NCBI GenBank assembly: GCA_048938105.1
Contig: JBHLMN010000010.1
Coordinates: 152,937 to 216,936, forward strand
Reading direction: 5' to 3'
DNA: 64,000 nucleotides
Source of the DNA: Promethearchaeota archaeon
GTDB taxonomy: Archaea; Asgardarchaeota; Heimdallarchaeia; Hodarchaeales; Hodarchaeaceae
Under the pieces are notes generated by a model. The model worked only from the letters and a program-made list of their open reading frames with translations. It was not told the DNA's origin and ran no database searches. Made by a program: the position numbers and the translations under genes. Shown one piece after another: positions 11,361-22,266 of this stretch. Each line of letters opens with the position of its first letter. Within the stretch, counting starts at the first letter, position 1.

Positions 11361-12260
11361 TTATGAGACTCTATTCACCTTAGCAATTAAGAACATGGAT
11401 AATAATATGAATAAAACCCCAAAGTAAATCCAAATAGTATAGAACTGCTGTACAACAATAAATTCAAATAATAATGGAACAAGAACTTGAAGAATAAGGA
11501 AAAAAGAAGTATTAACTGACCCGAGTCTTGCAACGGCCCAAGAATTGAGACCGAAGGCAATAATTTGCGGAAGAACTCCTAGAAAAACAAGTAGTGGGAT
11601 TATTCTCCTAGGTATGAATCCAAACAAGTCAGAAGTGAAACAAGAAAAGATGATCAAGGGAAGGAGAGTATAAAAATTGATAGCATAAATAAAATTTAGA
11701 GGATTAATGTGATTATCTTCAGTTTTTGTGATATCAAGATATTTACTCGATAAAACAATGTAGAACGCCCACAGTATAGCAGCGAGGAGTGAGATGATTA
11801 TTCCAAGGTTTAATGCACTTGATTGGCTAGTCCAATCTCCATTATAACTAATAAGAAATATACCTACAAGAGAAATAAGTGCAGTACATATTATTTTAGT
11901 AGTTAGTATTTTTCCTTCAATTTTCCAAGCAATAAATGGAACAATGACAACGAAAGAGGAGGTTAACAAGGTAGAAAGCCCTGCAGTCGTAAGTTTCTGA
12001 CCAATCGTGGCTGCAGGATAAGCAAGGGCATTTAGAAACCCTATTAGGACACAAGTCTTAGAAGACAAAAGAGAAAATCCCTCCTGTCTATGAAACAAAA
12101 ACATAAACACTGTTAATATTACCACAGCTATTCCAAATCTTATCGTTAAAATGGTAATCGGATTCAGATAATTTAGAAGATCCTCAACAACTAAGGGTGT
12201 GATTCCCCATATAATGGTGGCAAATAGAAGATAAACATTTGCTTGCTGATGGGACTGCAC
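11361..12260 (-). CDS. DMT/EamA family transporter
   Basis: IIWG, RFGIA and LWAFYIVLS motifs; about 10 TMs. Confidence 0.9.
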   Translation of the reverse strand: MQSHQQANVYLLFATIIWGITPLVVEDLLNYLNPITILTIRFGIAVVILTVFMFLFHRQEGFSLLSSKTCVLIGFLNALAYPAATIGQKLTTAGLSTLLTSSFVVIVPFIAWKIEGKILTTKIICTALISLVGIFLISYNGDWTSQSSALNLGIIISLLAAILWAFYIVLSSKYLDITKTEDNHINPLNFIYAINFYTLLPLIIFSCFTSDLFGFIPRRIIPLLVFLGVLPQIIAFGLNSWAVARLGSVNTSFFLILQVLVPLLFEFIVVQQFYTIWIYFGVLFILLSMFLIAKVNRVS

Positions 12261-12384
12261 AATGAAGTAACGAAGTTAGAAAGAAATAAATCTTCACCCT
12301 CCATCTGGAGATCTAATTCAATGATAATATGACTTATCGGAAATATTTATTAATTCATGACCTCGAACCTATAACTGGATTCAT

Positions 12385-13056
12385 ATGTTGTACCACTTTC
12401 TGCTTGAGATTCAACATGATTGCCCGTTTTCAAACTTCTCTCGTGATCATAAGGAAGTAGAAATTCTACTATGGTGTAATCATTCTCACCATGATGTCTT
12501 AGAATTAAGAGGAGATAGTCCTGCTCTTGAAAATGCAATTAAAGATATTGAAGATAAATTAGGGACTATCATTAAGATATACCCAGAACATAACCAAGTT
12601 CAACTAGTTATCAAACTATGTGAATGTTCTAAACTTCCGCTTGCTTCAATCTATGAAAAGCATGATTGTGTTGAACTCCTTCCAGTGAAGTTCTTGGCTG
12701 GTCGAGAAGTAGTGAACTTAATAATCACTGCAGAGGATGCAGGATTAATTTTAGAAGACATTCATAAAGAAGATCCATTAACCAAAGTTAGCGTGATAAA
12801 GTTAGCACCGTTAAAGACATCATATAACCCTATTCCGATTCTTCTTTCTTTGGATGACCTGAAAAACAACCTTAGCCCACGTCAGTTTGAAGCAATAACT
12901 AATGCATACAATAGTGGATACTATGAATTACCCCGGAACGTTTTAATTGATTCACTTGCAGAGGAGATGCATATTCATAGAAGAACATATGAGGAGCATC
13001 TACGGAAAGCGGAAAGGAAAATCATGAATTTGTTAATCCCATCCCTAATCATTTAA
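12385..13056 (+). CDS. Bacterio-opsin activator-type (HTH_10) transcription regulator
   Basis: LSPRQ..A...AY..GYYELPR...LAEEM.I...TYEEHLRKAERKI. Confidence 0.9.
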   Translation: MLYHFLLEIQHDCPFSNFSRDHKEVEILLWCNHSHHDVLELRGDSPALENAIKDIEDKLGTIIKIYPEHNQVQLVIKLCECSKLPLASIYEKHDCVELLPVKFLAGREVVNLIITAEDAGLILEDIHKEDPLTKVSVIKLAPLKTSYNPIPILLSLDDLKNNLSPRQFEAITNAYNSGYYELPRNVLIDSLAEEMHIHRRTYEEHLRKAERKIMNLLIPSLII

Positions 13057-13124
13057 CACCGAGTGGGTTCACTACTCTCAATTTAGAGAATTATATTTAA
13101 TGAGGTCAAACTTATATTTTATCC

Positions 13125-14138
13125 CTAAATCACTGACTCTGTAGTGTATTCATTTTCACAGGGACTGCCCTCACACACTTCTACTTCATGTGCGCCCAAG
13201 GTTGCTACCCAAGACCAAAGGGTACTTTGCACATCGAAATGATCACATACACCATGTTTATGATCTCTCAAGATTGATTTTACCGCGTTAATAGTGATTG
13301 GTTTCGTATGGATAGCATACCAATTTTTGATCCCTTCAAGACGGGATAGAGTAGTATGCGCATTTGCTTCGGTGATTTTAAGCTCGAATTTTCTCATTTC
13401 TTCAGACTGAAAGTGATTTGTAGCAATAAGAAACTCATCTTGAGTGTATGTAGTACTAACTTTGTTGGGAGAAGCTTCTACGCGAGCAGCCGTCCCACTT
13501 TTATCAACAATTAGATAAAGATTGGCCTCACTAAGTGGAACCTGTTCTAAAAAATCGACTGCATCTTGTACGTCACGAAAACTGTCTAAAATCCATCGAA
13601 TCGTCATGTTTAACATGAGGGCGGGTTGGATCTTACCATTGTAATATGCAGCCGTTGTGCAACCACAAGCTAATCCTGCTTCATTGACACCACCAAAACC
13701 TCCAACGTAGTGGTCGGTAAATAGCACACTCCGCAATTTATTTGTGGGGTGTATGTGATGCACCGCAAAATACTCCTGAACTTCTGTTAACCAATCGTAA
13801 TTCCGTGCAATCAGTGGTTTTCCACTTTTTGTGTGCTTAGCTGGAATAGTAAAGACTGTACAGTGGTTTAGAGGGGAAGAAGTATAAAAACCTTTGATGT
13901 AGGAACAGTCATATAAAATCAAAGCATTTAACTGTTCTTTTTCTAGAGTAGATGCATCAGCTATTCCTTGAAGCTCCTCTACCAAACCAGGTGTGTGTTG
14001 TTCCATTACTTTTTCACAATTTGTGGCCCATTCCAATCTTTCATCACTTGCTTTTGGAAGAGTAAGTCTTCCTGTGATCATCTTACCAAGTTGGGTTCCC
14101 ATCTCATAATAAGAACCCTTTAATTTCATTCTTTCCAT
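13125..14138 (-). CDS. C45 family Ntn-hydrolase/peptidase
   Basis: GSYYEMG, HCT, ARNYD, GVNEAGL and ATNHF motifs. Confidence 0.88.
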   Translation of the reverse strand: MERMKLKGSYYEMGTQLGKMITGRLTLPKASDERLEWATNCEKVMEQHTPGLVEELQGIADASTLEKEQLNALILYDCSYIKGFYTSSPLNHCTVFTIPAKHTKSGKPLIARNYDWLTEVQEYFAVHHIHPTNKLRSVLFTDHYVGGFGGVNEAGLACGCTTAAYYNGKIQPALMLNMTIRWILDSFRDVQDAVDFLEQVPLSEANLYLIVDKSGTAARVEASPNKVSTTYTQDEFLIATNHFQSEEMRKFELKITEANAHTTLSRLEGIKNWYAIHTKPITINAVKSILRDHKHGVCDHFDVQSTLWSWVATLGAHEVEVCEGSPCENEYTTESVI

Positions 14139-14850
14139 GGTTTTATATCCTCATTCAATATAAGCAAATTTCCTTCACAAAAGTGACATTAAAGTTATTG
14201 ATTTTTTATATTCTTTTCCATTAGGGAGTTTAGAATCATTTACCACCATATAAGAGGAGATCTTATCTAACTTTATGTTTTAATAAATCGATAGGGTCAT
14301 CTCACCTTGTGAGGGTCATTAATCTCTAAATAACAATGATATTACTTGATAAATAGACTAATTACAATGGAAATTGAACCTAGTTAATAAGAATTTCGCT
14401 AGAGGCAACTAATTGGAAATTAAAGTAAAATTAAGGACTTTCTCGGAAACAGATTTAATATGGTGCTATTTAAAATCAGTAGTAGCACAAAGCATAATTT
14501 TAAGCTTTTAGGGAAAAGATAATATAATATGACTAGTATATGATGTCATTGGCTGCATTTTATAATTGCTTTGTATCTAATAAGAAAATCAATCCTTGAA
14601 AATACTTCATTAGATTCGTTTGATAAGAAAATAACAAGAATTATAATTTCCCTTATAAAAGAATGAGGAATAAAGAAGAGGAAAAAATGTTGTTAAATCC
14701 GAAATTCTCTTCCCCCCAAAGCTAATTCTTAAAAGAAACAATCAGGGAAAGCTGTAATCAATGTAAAACAATCGACTTCGTTTGAGGGTCTTGAATAAGA
14801 TCGTTTAGACGGGAGAAAAGTATTCAATTCTCAAGAAAGGAGAATTCAAC

Positions 14851-16131
14851 ATGAATAGTTATCCAGATAAGCAATACAGACCGACCAGTGACTTTGTAGT
14901 AAGAGCTGCTTACTCAAAAATTCGACGAGGAAAAATAATTGAGATAAGCATCTATCTTAGCTGCATATCAATTATAGGTTATGTGTGGGTGTGGCTTTTA
15001 GCGATCTGGTGGTTACTTTCTTTCAGAAGAGTAGATGAAGAATTTATCGCCGTATGGAAAAATGTTCCAGAATTTGAGGAACAATATCCATTTCAACGTA
15101 GGTATCACGAACTAATTACCAGTAATTGGTCTTATCAACAGAAACTTCGATCGAAAAACACAACAAAAATGCTTCTTATGGTAATCCTTGCTATCCCTTT
15201 CCTTGGTTACGCTCTTGTCCTTGTTGCAACAGCTCTGACACTTGGAATCATACTTCTTGTCTATTATTACCTATTACAAATCCCAAATAAATATTTATCA
15301 AAAATCATTAAACAGGAATCACAAATTTTTCGTAAGACCCAAGTTCGGCCTCAACCTTCGACTGAAAGGGGGATTTTTTGTGAGAGATGTGGGACAAATC
15401 TCCCAGAAAGAGCCCGTTTCTGTGATACCTGCGCTTATCCAGTTAGAATTCCAAAAGAAGAAAAAATAGCCTTTAAACAAGTCAGTTTTCGACAGGCAGT
15501 TGAGCTCTTAGATTCCGAGAGATACCACCGTGGAACACAAATGGACATCGAATTTGAATGCGTAGCCCTTCAACCTGCATCTCCGGAAAAATATGGTAGA
15601 CCAGCACCTTATAGAACAATTCGAGTAACAGACCCAGGTCAGTTAATGACTCGTACACTCCATGTATGGGGAGATCCAGGTCATAGATATAATATTGAGC
15701 TGGTTTCTTCAGTTGAACCAGGAGATAGACTGCTTATTATTGGCCCCAGAAGACCAAAAGACTCCCCGTATTATAAGGACGAAAATAATAGGGATGTTTT
15801 CTGGATAGAACGATGGGATGGAACGATTGCTGATTCAGGAACAAGGCTAGTAAAACTAGAAGACATCTCAACCATGAAAGTAGAAGAAGAAGTCCCTATA
15901 GAAAAACCACAGGATCTAATTGAAGTCGCTAAGGCTCCGCTTTCCACTAAACCAGAGATCATAACACCACCATTCTACTGTCAACTTTGTAGTATCAAGC
16001 ACAAGGCAGGCACACCACGAATGCAGTGTGATGCCTGTGGAAGACTCGTCTGTATCGAAGCGTTTGCAGAGATGGCACAAGTCGGACGAACCAATTGCCC
16101 TATGTGTGATGGAAAATTAAGCTCCATTTAA
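14851..16131 (+). CDS. Membrane protein with zinc ribbon, OB-fold-like segment and C-terminal RING-like finger
   Basis: TM segments; CERCG..FCDTC; IRVTD..LHVWG..VEPGDRLLI; CQLC..CDAC..C..CPMC. Confidence 0.6.
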   Translation: MNSYPDKQYRPTSDFVVRAAYSKIRRGKIIEISIYLSCISIIGYVWVWLLAIWWLLSFRRVDEEFIAVWKNVPEFEEQYPFQRRYHELITSNWSYQQKLRSKNTTKMLLMVILAIPFLGYALVLVATALTLGIILLVYYYLLQIPNKYLSKIIKQESQIFRKTQVRPQPSTERGIFCERCGTNLPERARFCDTCAYPVRIPKEEKIAFKQVSFRQAVELLDSERYHRGTQMDIEFECVALQPASPEKYGRPAPYRTIRVTDPGQLMTRTLHVWGDPGHRYNIELVSSVEPGDRLLIIGPRRPKDSPYYKDENNRDVFWIERWDGTIADSGTRLVKLEDISTMKVEEEVPIEKPQDLIEVAKAPLSTKPEIITPPFYCQLCSIKHKAGTPRMQCDACGRLVCIEAFAEMAQVGRTNCPMCDGKLSSI

Positions 16132-16543
16132 AGGGAATAAAATACTCGTGATTGCCTTATATTATACTAAAAAACTGTAAATTTTCGTTTAATATAGTAC
16201 CGTAGAGACCTGTGGGAGATTTTTTATCTCAATTCGATCAGAAAGGTTCCCCATAATAAATAGGGGTCTTTAACTGGAATAAAAGAAATTCTCGGAAATA
16301 TTTCGATTCCTCTGATCGAATTACCAATAAGGATTTCTTCATAAGAAATCTATATACTAGGTAATTGTGATGTGAAACAGTCGTTTAAGTGGCTTGAAGA
16401 CCATTTTCATTGATGATGGGGGAGTACTCAATGACAATAATCTTCGAACTCTTAAGTGGAAAGACCTTGTCAGTAAATTCTTTCCACCTCAAGCTTAGCG
16501 AGTAGGTTTAAGCCGATAAAAAATCCGTAAAAATCATCCATTT

Positions 16544-17296
16544 TTAGGGGAGGCCATTGAAGATATTTTTTAATGCCTTTTTTAAAGCCATGTGGAAAGG
16601 ATGTCCCGCTGAAAAGATCATTGCTTCATGGGCCATCTGATAGGATGTATCGCACGAACAGGAGATATACCCAGCGTATTTTATCCCCTTTTTCTGGAAT
16701 TGTTCTGCCCAGCGCTTTAAATCTGCACTCATTTCAATTTCTGGAACCTGATTGAAGAGTATAAATATCTCCCAATTGCTAATGGATTTTGCTCTTTTAT
16801 ATATTACTTCAATCATTTTCTTTGTCCCGCTCACTGCATAAGAGTTTGGTCGAAGGATAATTATTGCTTTATTGCATAACATGATCAGATTAATCAAGAT
16901 CATATGCCAACCAGGTGGAGAGTCAAAAATAACATAATCATACTGATCTTCGAGAGCTTCAAGATCCTGTATCATACCTTGGAGTGTAGAAATAAACCAT
17001 TTCTGATCTGATCCCATAATTTTCTCATTTGGATCAAAATCTTTATTTGTGAAAATTACATCTATGTTGAGTTGAGCATCATGGACGATAGTTTCCTTAA
17101 AATTGACATCCCCTTTCAGATAATCGTTAAAATGTAGATCAGGTTCACATTGAAAGATATAATGAAATGTAGGCATAAAAAAGTCGCTTTCAATTAATAA
17201 CACTTTATTCTCACTCGCTAACTGACTAGCCATGTTCAAAGCGACTGTGGTTTTTCCTGTTCCTCCCTTATAGCTATGGACAAGTATCCTCTCCAT
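16544..17296 (-). CDS. MinD/ParA family ATPase
   Basis: Deviant Walker A KGGTGKT; YDYVIFDSPPG; FNQ. Confidence 0.9.
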   Translation of the reverse strand: MERILVHSYKGGTGKTTVALNMASQLASENKVLLIESDFFMPTFHYIFQCEPDLHFNDYLKGDVNFKETIVHDAQLNIDVIFTNKDFDPNEKIMGSDQKWFISTLQGMIQDLEALEDQYDYVIFDSPPGWHMILINLIMLCNKAIIILRPNSYAVSGTKKMIEVIYKRAKSISNWEIFILFNQVPEIEMSADLKRWAEQFQKKGIKYAGYISCSCDTSYQMAHEAMIFSAGHPFHMALKKALKNIFNGLP

Positions 17297-17317
17297 AAAA
17301 ACACATCCTAAGAGTGT

Positions 17318-17851
17318 TCATCTAGCATAATAATAAATCTTACCTTCAGACTCTCTGAAGTCAAGTAATGCTTCGTTTACAAATTTTTCAATATGTTTTT
17401 TTATTGTGGTTTGGTCTTTTTTCATGTATTCCATCAAATCATCAATTGTTACACCTGGGACTTTTTTTAGTTGTAATTCCAGTAATGCTAAAGCAGTACT
17501 GTTTTCTTCTTGGGTCAAAGATTGTCGGGTACTCCAATTCTTTAAGCTCCATTCGTCTTTTAGAGATTCTAGGAAGTCGCTGATTGCCCTTTTAATAAAG
17601 TCATTAATATTAGTAATGGCATACTTAATCTTGATATGCCGACTAGCAATAATTTTTTGGATTTCTCTATAAACGTCCTCATCAATCTCTAATACCAACC
17701 CATGATAGACCTTATTTACACAAAATCGTAAAACATCTGCTTTACTTTTAAGTTTATTCTGTTCTTGAACCGAACGAAATTTCTCCTCATCTTCTTTATC
17801 TAGGTCTACTCGAACTGGATATTTTTTGCTCTCTGAATTAGCTTTTGACAT
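17318..17851 (-). CDS. DNA-binding protein (RHH-like repeats plus C-terminal winged helix), co-transcribed with the ParA/MinD gene
   Basis: VRVDL..KADVLRFCV and LEID..INDFIKRAI segments; VTIDDL..TIKKHIEKFV wHTH. Confidence 0.55.
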   Translation of the reverse strand: MSKANSESKKYPVRVDLDKEDEEKFRSVQEQNKLKSKADVLRFCVNKVYHGLVLEIDEDVYREIQKIIASRHIKIKYAITNINDFIKRAISDFLESLKDEWSLKNWSTRQSLTQEENSTALALLELQLKKVPGVTIDDLMEYMKKDQTTIKKHIEKFVNEALLDFRESEGKIYYYAR

Positions 17852-18011
17852 TCTTTTTACCCTAATTAAAATTAAGGAACTGCATTATATATTAACATTT
17901 CTATCCATATATCAATATTCTTGTTGGAAAACTTTATATATACCATTGATTTCTAATGGTAAATGTTATCCTGAGACGGATAACACACCATCATAAAAAG
18001 AGAGAAACAAC

Positions 18012-18602
18012 ATGAAACATAAAAGAACCATACAACTACTTGTATTCATTGGCTTTTTGAGTATTTCAACGATTTCACAGACAGCAGCGAATTACGGTGA
18101 AGTTAGGAGTATCGCAGTTATTCCAGGGATGGATCCAAATTGGTTTCCACCAGCTATTCATAATCCTAACCAACAAGCAGCTTTTCTACGAGTATTTGGT
18201 GATTATGGAGAAAGAATGATCACTTTTTGGACGGTACCAGGCCCTTTTGATTCTCAAGACGCCCTTGGTTTCAGTTTCGGTTGGTTTGTTACAGCAGAAA
18301 ATCAACAAGAAGCAGCAAAGGTTCGGGAAGAAATAGATTCGATTTTCTATTTGCAAAAAAATGGACAAACTTCTTGGAATCTCATCAGCGATGACAAAAC
18401 ACCTATTGTAAGGATGCCTGAATTAACTAAGTTTGTAAGAGAAGGTGGTTGGATTCCCCCTGACTGGGAAATCTATTCCTATCGAGAAGGAGGGGCTTTT
18501 AAGCCAAATACTCTTTCTCCTGGACAATACACAATTCGTATTGACTTTTACTACCTTGGTGAATATGATGGCTCTGAATATCTAGAATTTGAAATCTATT
18601 GA
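18012..18602 (+). CDS. Secreted hypothetical protein
   Basis: Signal peptide; L.PGQYTIRIDF Ig-like end. Confidence 0.7.
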   Translation: MKHKRTIQLLVFIGFLSISTISQTAANYGEVRSIAVIPGMDPNWFPPAIHNPNQQAAFLRVFGDYGERMITFWTVPGPFDSQDALGFSFGWFVTAENQQEAAKVREEIDSIFYLQKNGQTSWNLISDDKTPIVRMPELTKFVREGGWIPPDWEIYSYREGGAFKPNTLSPGQYTIRIDFYYLGEYDGSEYLEFEIY

Positions 18603-18621
18603 AGCCAAATGAATACTGCAG

Positions 18622-18661
18622 ACTTCGATGTTCCATAACATCGAAGTTCTTTCTTTTTTTT
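18622..18661 (+). terminator. Hairpin plus U-tract terminator
   Basis: Perfect 11-bp stem ACTTCGATGTT-ccat-AACATCGAAGT followed by a T run, 20 bp after the stop codon. Confidence 0.6.
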
Positions 18662-18720
18662 GGAGGTGAAACTTAATGAAGAATAGAAATGAGAAAATGA
18701 AAACAATAAGGTGAAAAAAA

Positions 18721-19845
18721 ATGATAAAAATAAAAACCACAAGAGGAATTGCTGGATTTGCTGGGTTGATATTAATAATAGCACTGGTAAGCGTTGGGGG
18801 TCTCCCAGCAAGTTGTGAAATTAATCCAATAACAGGTGATGGAGCAGGTCTTACAACAACTGTTTGGTCCGATGATTTTAATGACGGGAACTATGATGGC
18901 TGGATGGTGCAAAACGGTACCTTTTCCGCAAGTGATTATACACTACGAACTACAGCTAAACATATGTGGCATGTGGTAAACCACACTAGCACAATTGCAT
19001 ACGGAACATGGAGTTTTGATGTGTACATTAATACTACTAAGTTTATGAGCCTTGGTGAGCACCTGTATATCTTTTTCATGGGAGATTCTCTTGAAGTTGA
19101 TCAACAGGATTGTTATGATATCATGATCTGGATAAGTTCAGATGGAACTCCGGGATTTACTTTGTGGAAACGTGTGAATGGCAAGGTGACCGAGCTAGGT
19201 TCATATAGTTATCCTAGTGGTCTTTCTGGGTGGTATCACATCGATGTGACCCGTCATACAAGCGGCCAATTCTACCTCTTTGTGAACGGATCACTTAGGA
19301 TAGATGCAATGGACAAAACTCATACAACATCGAAATATTTCGGATTTGTAGCACTGGATGGGCATAAATTGGACAATATCAATGTTTTTGACGAGATCAA
19401 TGTCTTCCCAAAACCAAGTAACCTCAAATTCAGCGATGATTCCGTAACAGTCTCTTGTCAACAAAATAGCAGTAACACAGCTTGCATTTATGTGCAAAAT
19501 GAAGGAGAAATAGCAGGTTCTGCAACTATTGAAGTGGGAGAGACACCCGATGGTATCTCTTTAAGCCTTAGTGACACTAGTATAAGCACCTTAAAGTTCG
19601 GAAAGACAAAAACTGTGACTGCAACCGTTGAAACATCTGGAACCGTCACTCCAGGTGACTACACAGTCGACGTGGAATTATATAACGACTCAAATAAATT
19701 AGACACAGTGCAATTAGCCATAACTGTTACAGGTAAGGAAACAACATCAACAAAGACTGACAACGGTACCGCACCAGGAATCCCAATTTTGGGCGTGATC
19801 ATGATTCTGGGGATTATTACCGCTTTCCGACGCAAGCAACGTTAA
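18721..19845 (+). CDS. Surface protein (lectin/ConA-like plus Ig-like) with PGF-CTERM-like anchor
   Basis: WSDDFNDG, GWYHIDVTR and PGDYTV motifs; terminal APGIPILGVIMILG..RRKQR. Confidence 0.7.
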   Translation: MIKIKTTRGIAGFAGLILIIALVSVGGLPASCEINPITGDGAGLTTTVWSDDFNDGNYDGWMVQNGTFSASDYTLRTTAKHMWHVVNHTSTIAYGTWSFDVYINTTKFMSLGEHLYIFFMGDSLEVDQQDCYDIMIWISSDGTPGFTLWKRVNGKVTELGSYSYPSGLSGWYHIDVTRHTSGQFYLFVNGSLRIDAMDKTHTTSKYFGFVALDGHKLDNINVFDEINVFPKPSNLKFSDDSVTVSCQQNSSNTACIYVQNEGEIAGSATIEVGETPDGISLSLSDTSISTLKFGKTKTVTATVETSGTVTPGDYTVDVELYNDSNKLDTVQLAITVTGKETTSTKTDNGTAPGIPILGVIMILGIITAFRRKQR

Positions 19846-20113
19846 CATACTTTTACTCTGCTCTTATGGTCACGATAACCACTATCTGGGCCAACGGGGG
19901 GAATTTTCTCTTCTTTTTTACTCAAAAAAATTTAACAAAAACCTTGAATCTCCCTTTTTCTCTCTCGGATTCTATCACCCTATTAAGGTTTGATATTATA
20001 TAAAAGTAATTTAGTCTTAAAGACCTAAAATTAGAAAGATTAATTATAAGAATCAAAGAATTTTTATTCTTGAATACCAGTCTAGAGCTAAAGAGTCATA
20101 CCGGTGATCATAA

Positions 20114-20398
20114 TTGACTGAAAAAGTAAGCTTTTATACCGATAAAAAATCTTGGGAAAGGTTTAAAGACCAGGTATATCGTTCCAGTGGAACAATGAGA
20201 AATTTAAGCAGTGAACTGAACAAGATTATTGACGATAATACTCTAATCAACTTAGAAGTCAATTTAAAGAGATTAATTTCATCGAAAGAAAACCAATCAT
20301 TCTCTTTAGAAGAAATCAAGCAAGACCGACCGACCGTTCCTATACCTGCAGAAGAAATAATTCGTGAGATGAGAAACTCCCATGTTAATCTATCTTGA
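20114..20398 (+). CDS. Putative antitoxin of a VapBC pair
   Basis: Small ORF overlapping the PIN gene; C-terminal AEEIIREMR. Confidence 0.65.
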   Translation: MTEKVSFYTDKKSWERFKDQVYRSSGTMRNLSSELNKIIDDNTLINLEVNLKRLISSKENQSFSLEEIKQDRPTVPIPAEEIIREMRNSHVNLS

Positions 20399-20840
20399 CA
20401 GCTCTATGATTGTGAAGAGATATATCCAAGAAGCAGGAACATCTTTTGCAGACTTTCTCTATGATCAAATAGGGCAAGGATATCTAACATTAGCATTTAA
20501 TCTCCTGAATATTGTTGAAGTATTAGGCGTGTTTGATCAATATTTAAGAAGAAATTGGATTGATCAAGACACCCTCAACAAAATAATGTCAAAATTCATT
20601 GATGAAACATTAAGATTACTGAGAATCAATCAGTCGGAAATATTACCTACTTTAGTTTCAATACAAATGAATGCATGGACGTTTGCGTTACAAAACCGAT
20701 TATATATTGTAGATGCGGTCCAAGTAACAAATAGTAAACGATTTGAAGCGAACTATTTTAGTTCGGGAGATAAATACGTTACTAATGTTGCAAACGAGCT
20801 TGGATTTGAGGTTTATACCCAGAAGAGGAAAATACATTAA
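20382..20840 (+). CDS. vapC: PIN-domain toxin (VapC-like)
   Basis: IYLDSS..VKRY..E, VEV, DAVQ and SGD motifs. Confidence 0.85.
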   Translation: MLIYLDSSMIVKRYIQEAGTSFADFLYDQIGQGYLTLAFNLLNIVEVLGVFDQYLRRNWIDQDTLNKIMSKFIDETLRLLRINQSEILPTLVSIQMNAWTFALQNRLYIVDAVQVTNSKRFEANYFSSGDKYVTNVANELGFEVYTQKRKIH

Positions 20841-20982
20841 TAAAACGGATAAAAGAGGAAATCTCTAAAACATGTGAGAAAATTTACACCAATTACACTT
20901 TTCTATAAAGCTGAGATAATATTTTGTTACATTGACCCATTAGATCGATAAGCTCATAGGACCTCCAAGAATATTGGTCAAA

Positions 20983-22266
20983 TTACGCTCCTACTGCTGA
21001 ATAATCCATCTCACTAAAACTTTTAGCTTTTCTGGGCCGGAGTCTATATGTTAAAAATCCTGCAAATGCTAGAGTTGAAATCATTAGCAAGAGTTCTCCC
21101 AATAAAAGCCAATTTAATCCTTGAAAGATTGTCGTAAGAGCAGGAATGTCTTGTGATAAACGATTTCTCAGTGTTGTATTGATATTTATCCCAGTTAGAT
21201 ACTCTAGTCCAGTTGGAGTTACCCCAATAAGAACCCCCACAATAGCAATGATTCTAGCAATTCTAGAAGGTCGTGAAATACTCGGGATGTTAATTTGAGA
21301 AAGTACTTCGTGCTCTAATGTTCTGAATTCAATCTTTCCATCGATTTTACCCGTTATCAATGGTGTGATAATGAAACTCAGCTTTTGATTGGGCTTTGTA
21401 AGTTGTGCGACTCTAGAAGGGGGACTAACTAAACAACCAGGGCACAATGGAACTACCTGGATTACATCTATAGCAAACTCAAGTTGTTCTAGCTTTTGGG
21501 TTTTTCTTGTGCCAGTCACAAGATAAGATTTCCCTTTTTCTTCTTGTATCGCAAAATGAGAGAGCTCAACAGTTAAATCAAAATTTTTATACGGAATCAT
21601 TCGATCAAAGTATGAAATTCCAGTATAGATCGTTCTTTTATCTGGTCCTTTCTTTTTTAGTATCATTTTCGCCTCTTGGCTAATTGGTTCTGCTGCTAGG
21701 TCTTCAGAAGTTAATATTACACTTTTAGTGCCAAAATCAAGTCCTATAGTTGGTAAATAGTTTGTTGTGAAACCTTTTCCTACAAATGCCTCTTTTAATG
21801 AAGTTTTCCCTGTCCCCAATTCACCTAGAAGGATTATCTTTGCTATGATTGACTCTCCTTCTTCTTCTGGAGCTATACTCATACCCCTTCCTATATCGAT
21901 AGCGAGCTGCTTTAAGATAGACTCAGGATGAATTGAATCACTAGCTTGGGGAGATTTGAACCAGGTATCTCGAGCAGAAGTTTTTATAAATTCGATATCA
22001 CTGGCTAATTTTTCCTGCCATTCAGTTATTAATTCAAAAACTTCGTTATCACTCACTTTTCCCTCTAAATCAGCTTTAGTTCCAATTAAATAAATCTTAA
22101 TAAGTTGTAATTGGTCTGAAAACTCTATTATCTTCCTAAACCATTCAGTTATACTCTTAAATGTTTCTGGTTGTGATAGATCAAATAAAATTAGTACAAT
22201 ATGGGCTTCACGATAAAAACTGGCACGGTGGGTACTTTCAACGGTTGGAGGGTCAAGGAACATCAT
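20983..22266 (-). CDS. Circularly permuted Rab-like GTPase fused to a beta-rich domain and C-terminal TMs
   Basis: Motif order FLDPP (G3 position), GTKAD (G4), TSAR (G5), GELGTGKT (G1), YLPTIG (G2). Confidence 0.75.
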   Translation of the reverse strand: MMFLDPPTVESTHRASFYREAHIVLILFDLSQPETFKSITEWFRKIIEFSDQLQLIKIYLIGTKADLEGKVSDNEVFELITEWQEKLASDIEFIKTSARDTWFKSPQASDSIHPESILKQLAIDIGRGMSIAPEEEGESIIAKIILLGELGTGKTSLKEAFVGKGFTTNYLPTIGLDFGTKSVILTSEDLAAEPISQEAKMILKKKGPDKRTIYTGISYFDRMIPYKNFDLTVELSHFAIQEEKGKSYLVTGTRKTQKLEQLEFAIDVIQVVPLCPGCLVSPPSRVAQLTKPNQKLSFIITPLITGKIDGKIEFRTLEHEVLSQINIPSISRPSRIARIIAIVGVLIGVTPTGLEYLTGININTTLRNRLSQDIPALTTIFQGLNWLLLGELLLMISTLAFAGFLTYRLRPRKAKSFSEMDYSAVGA

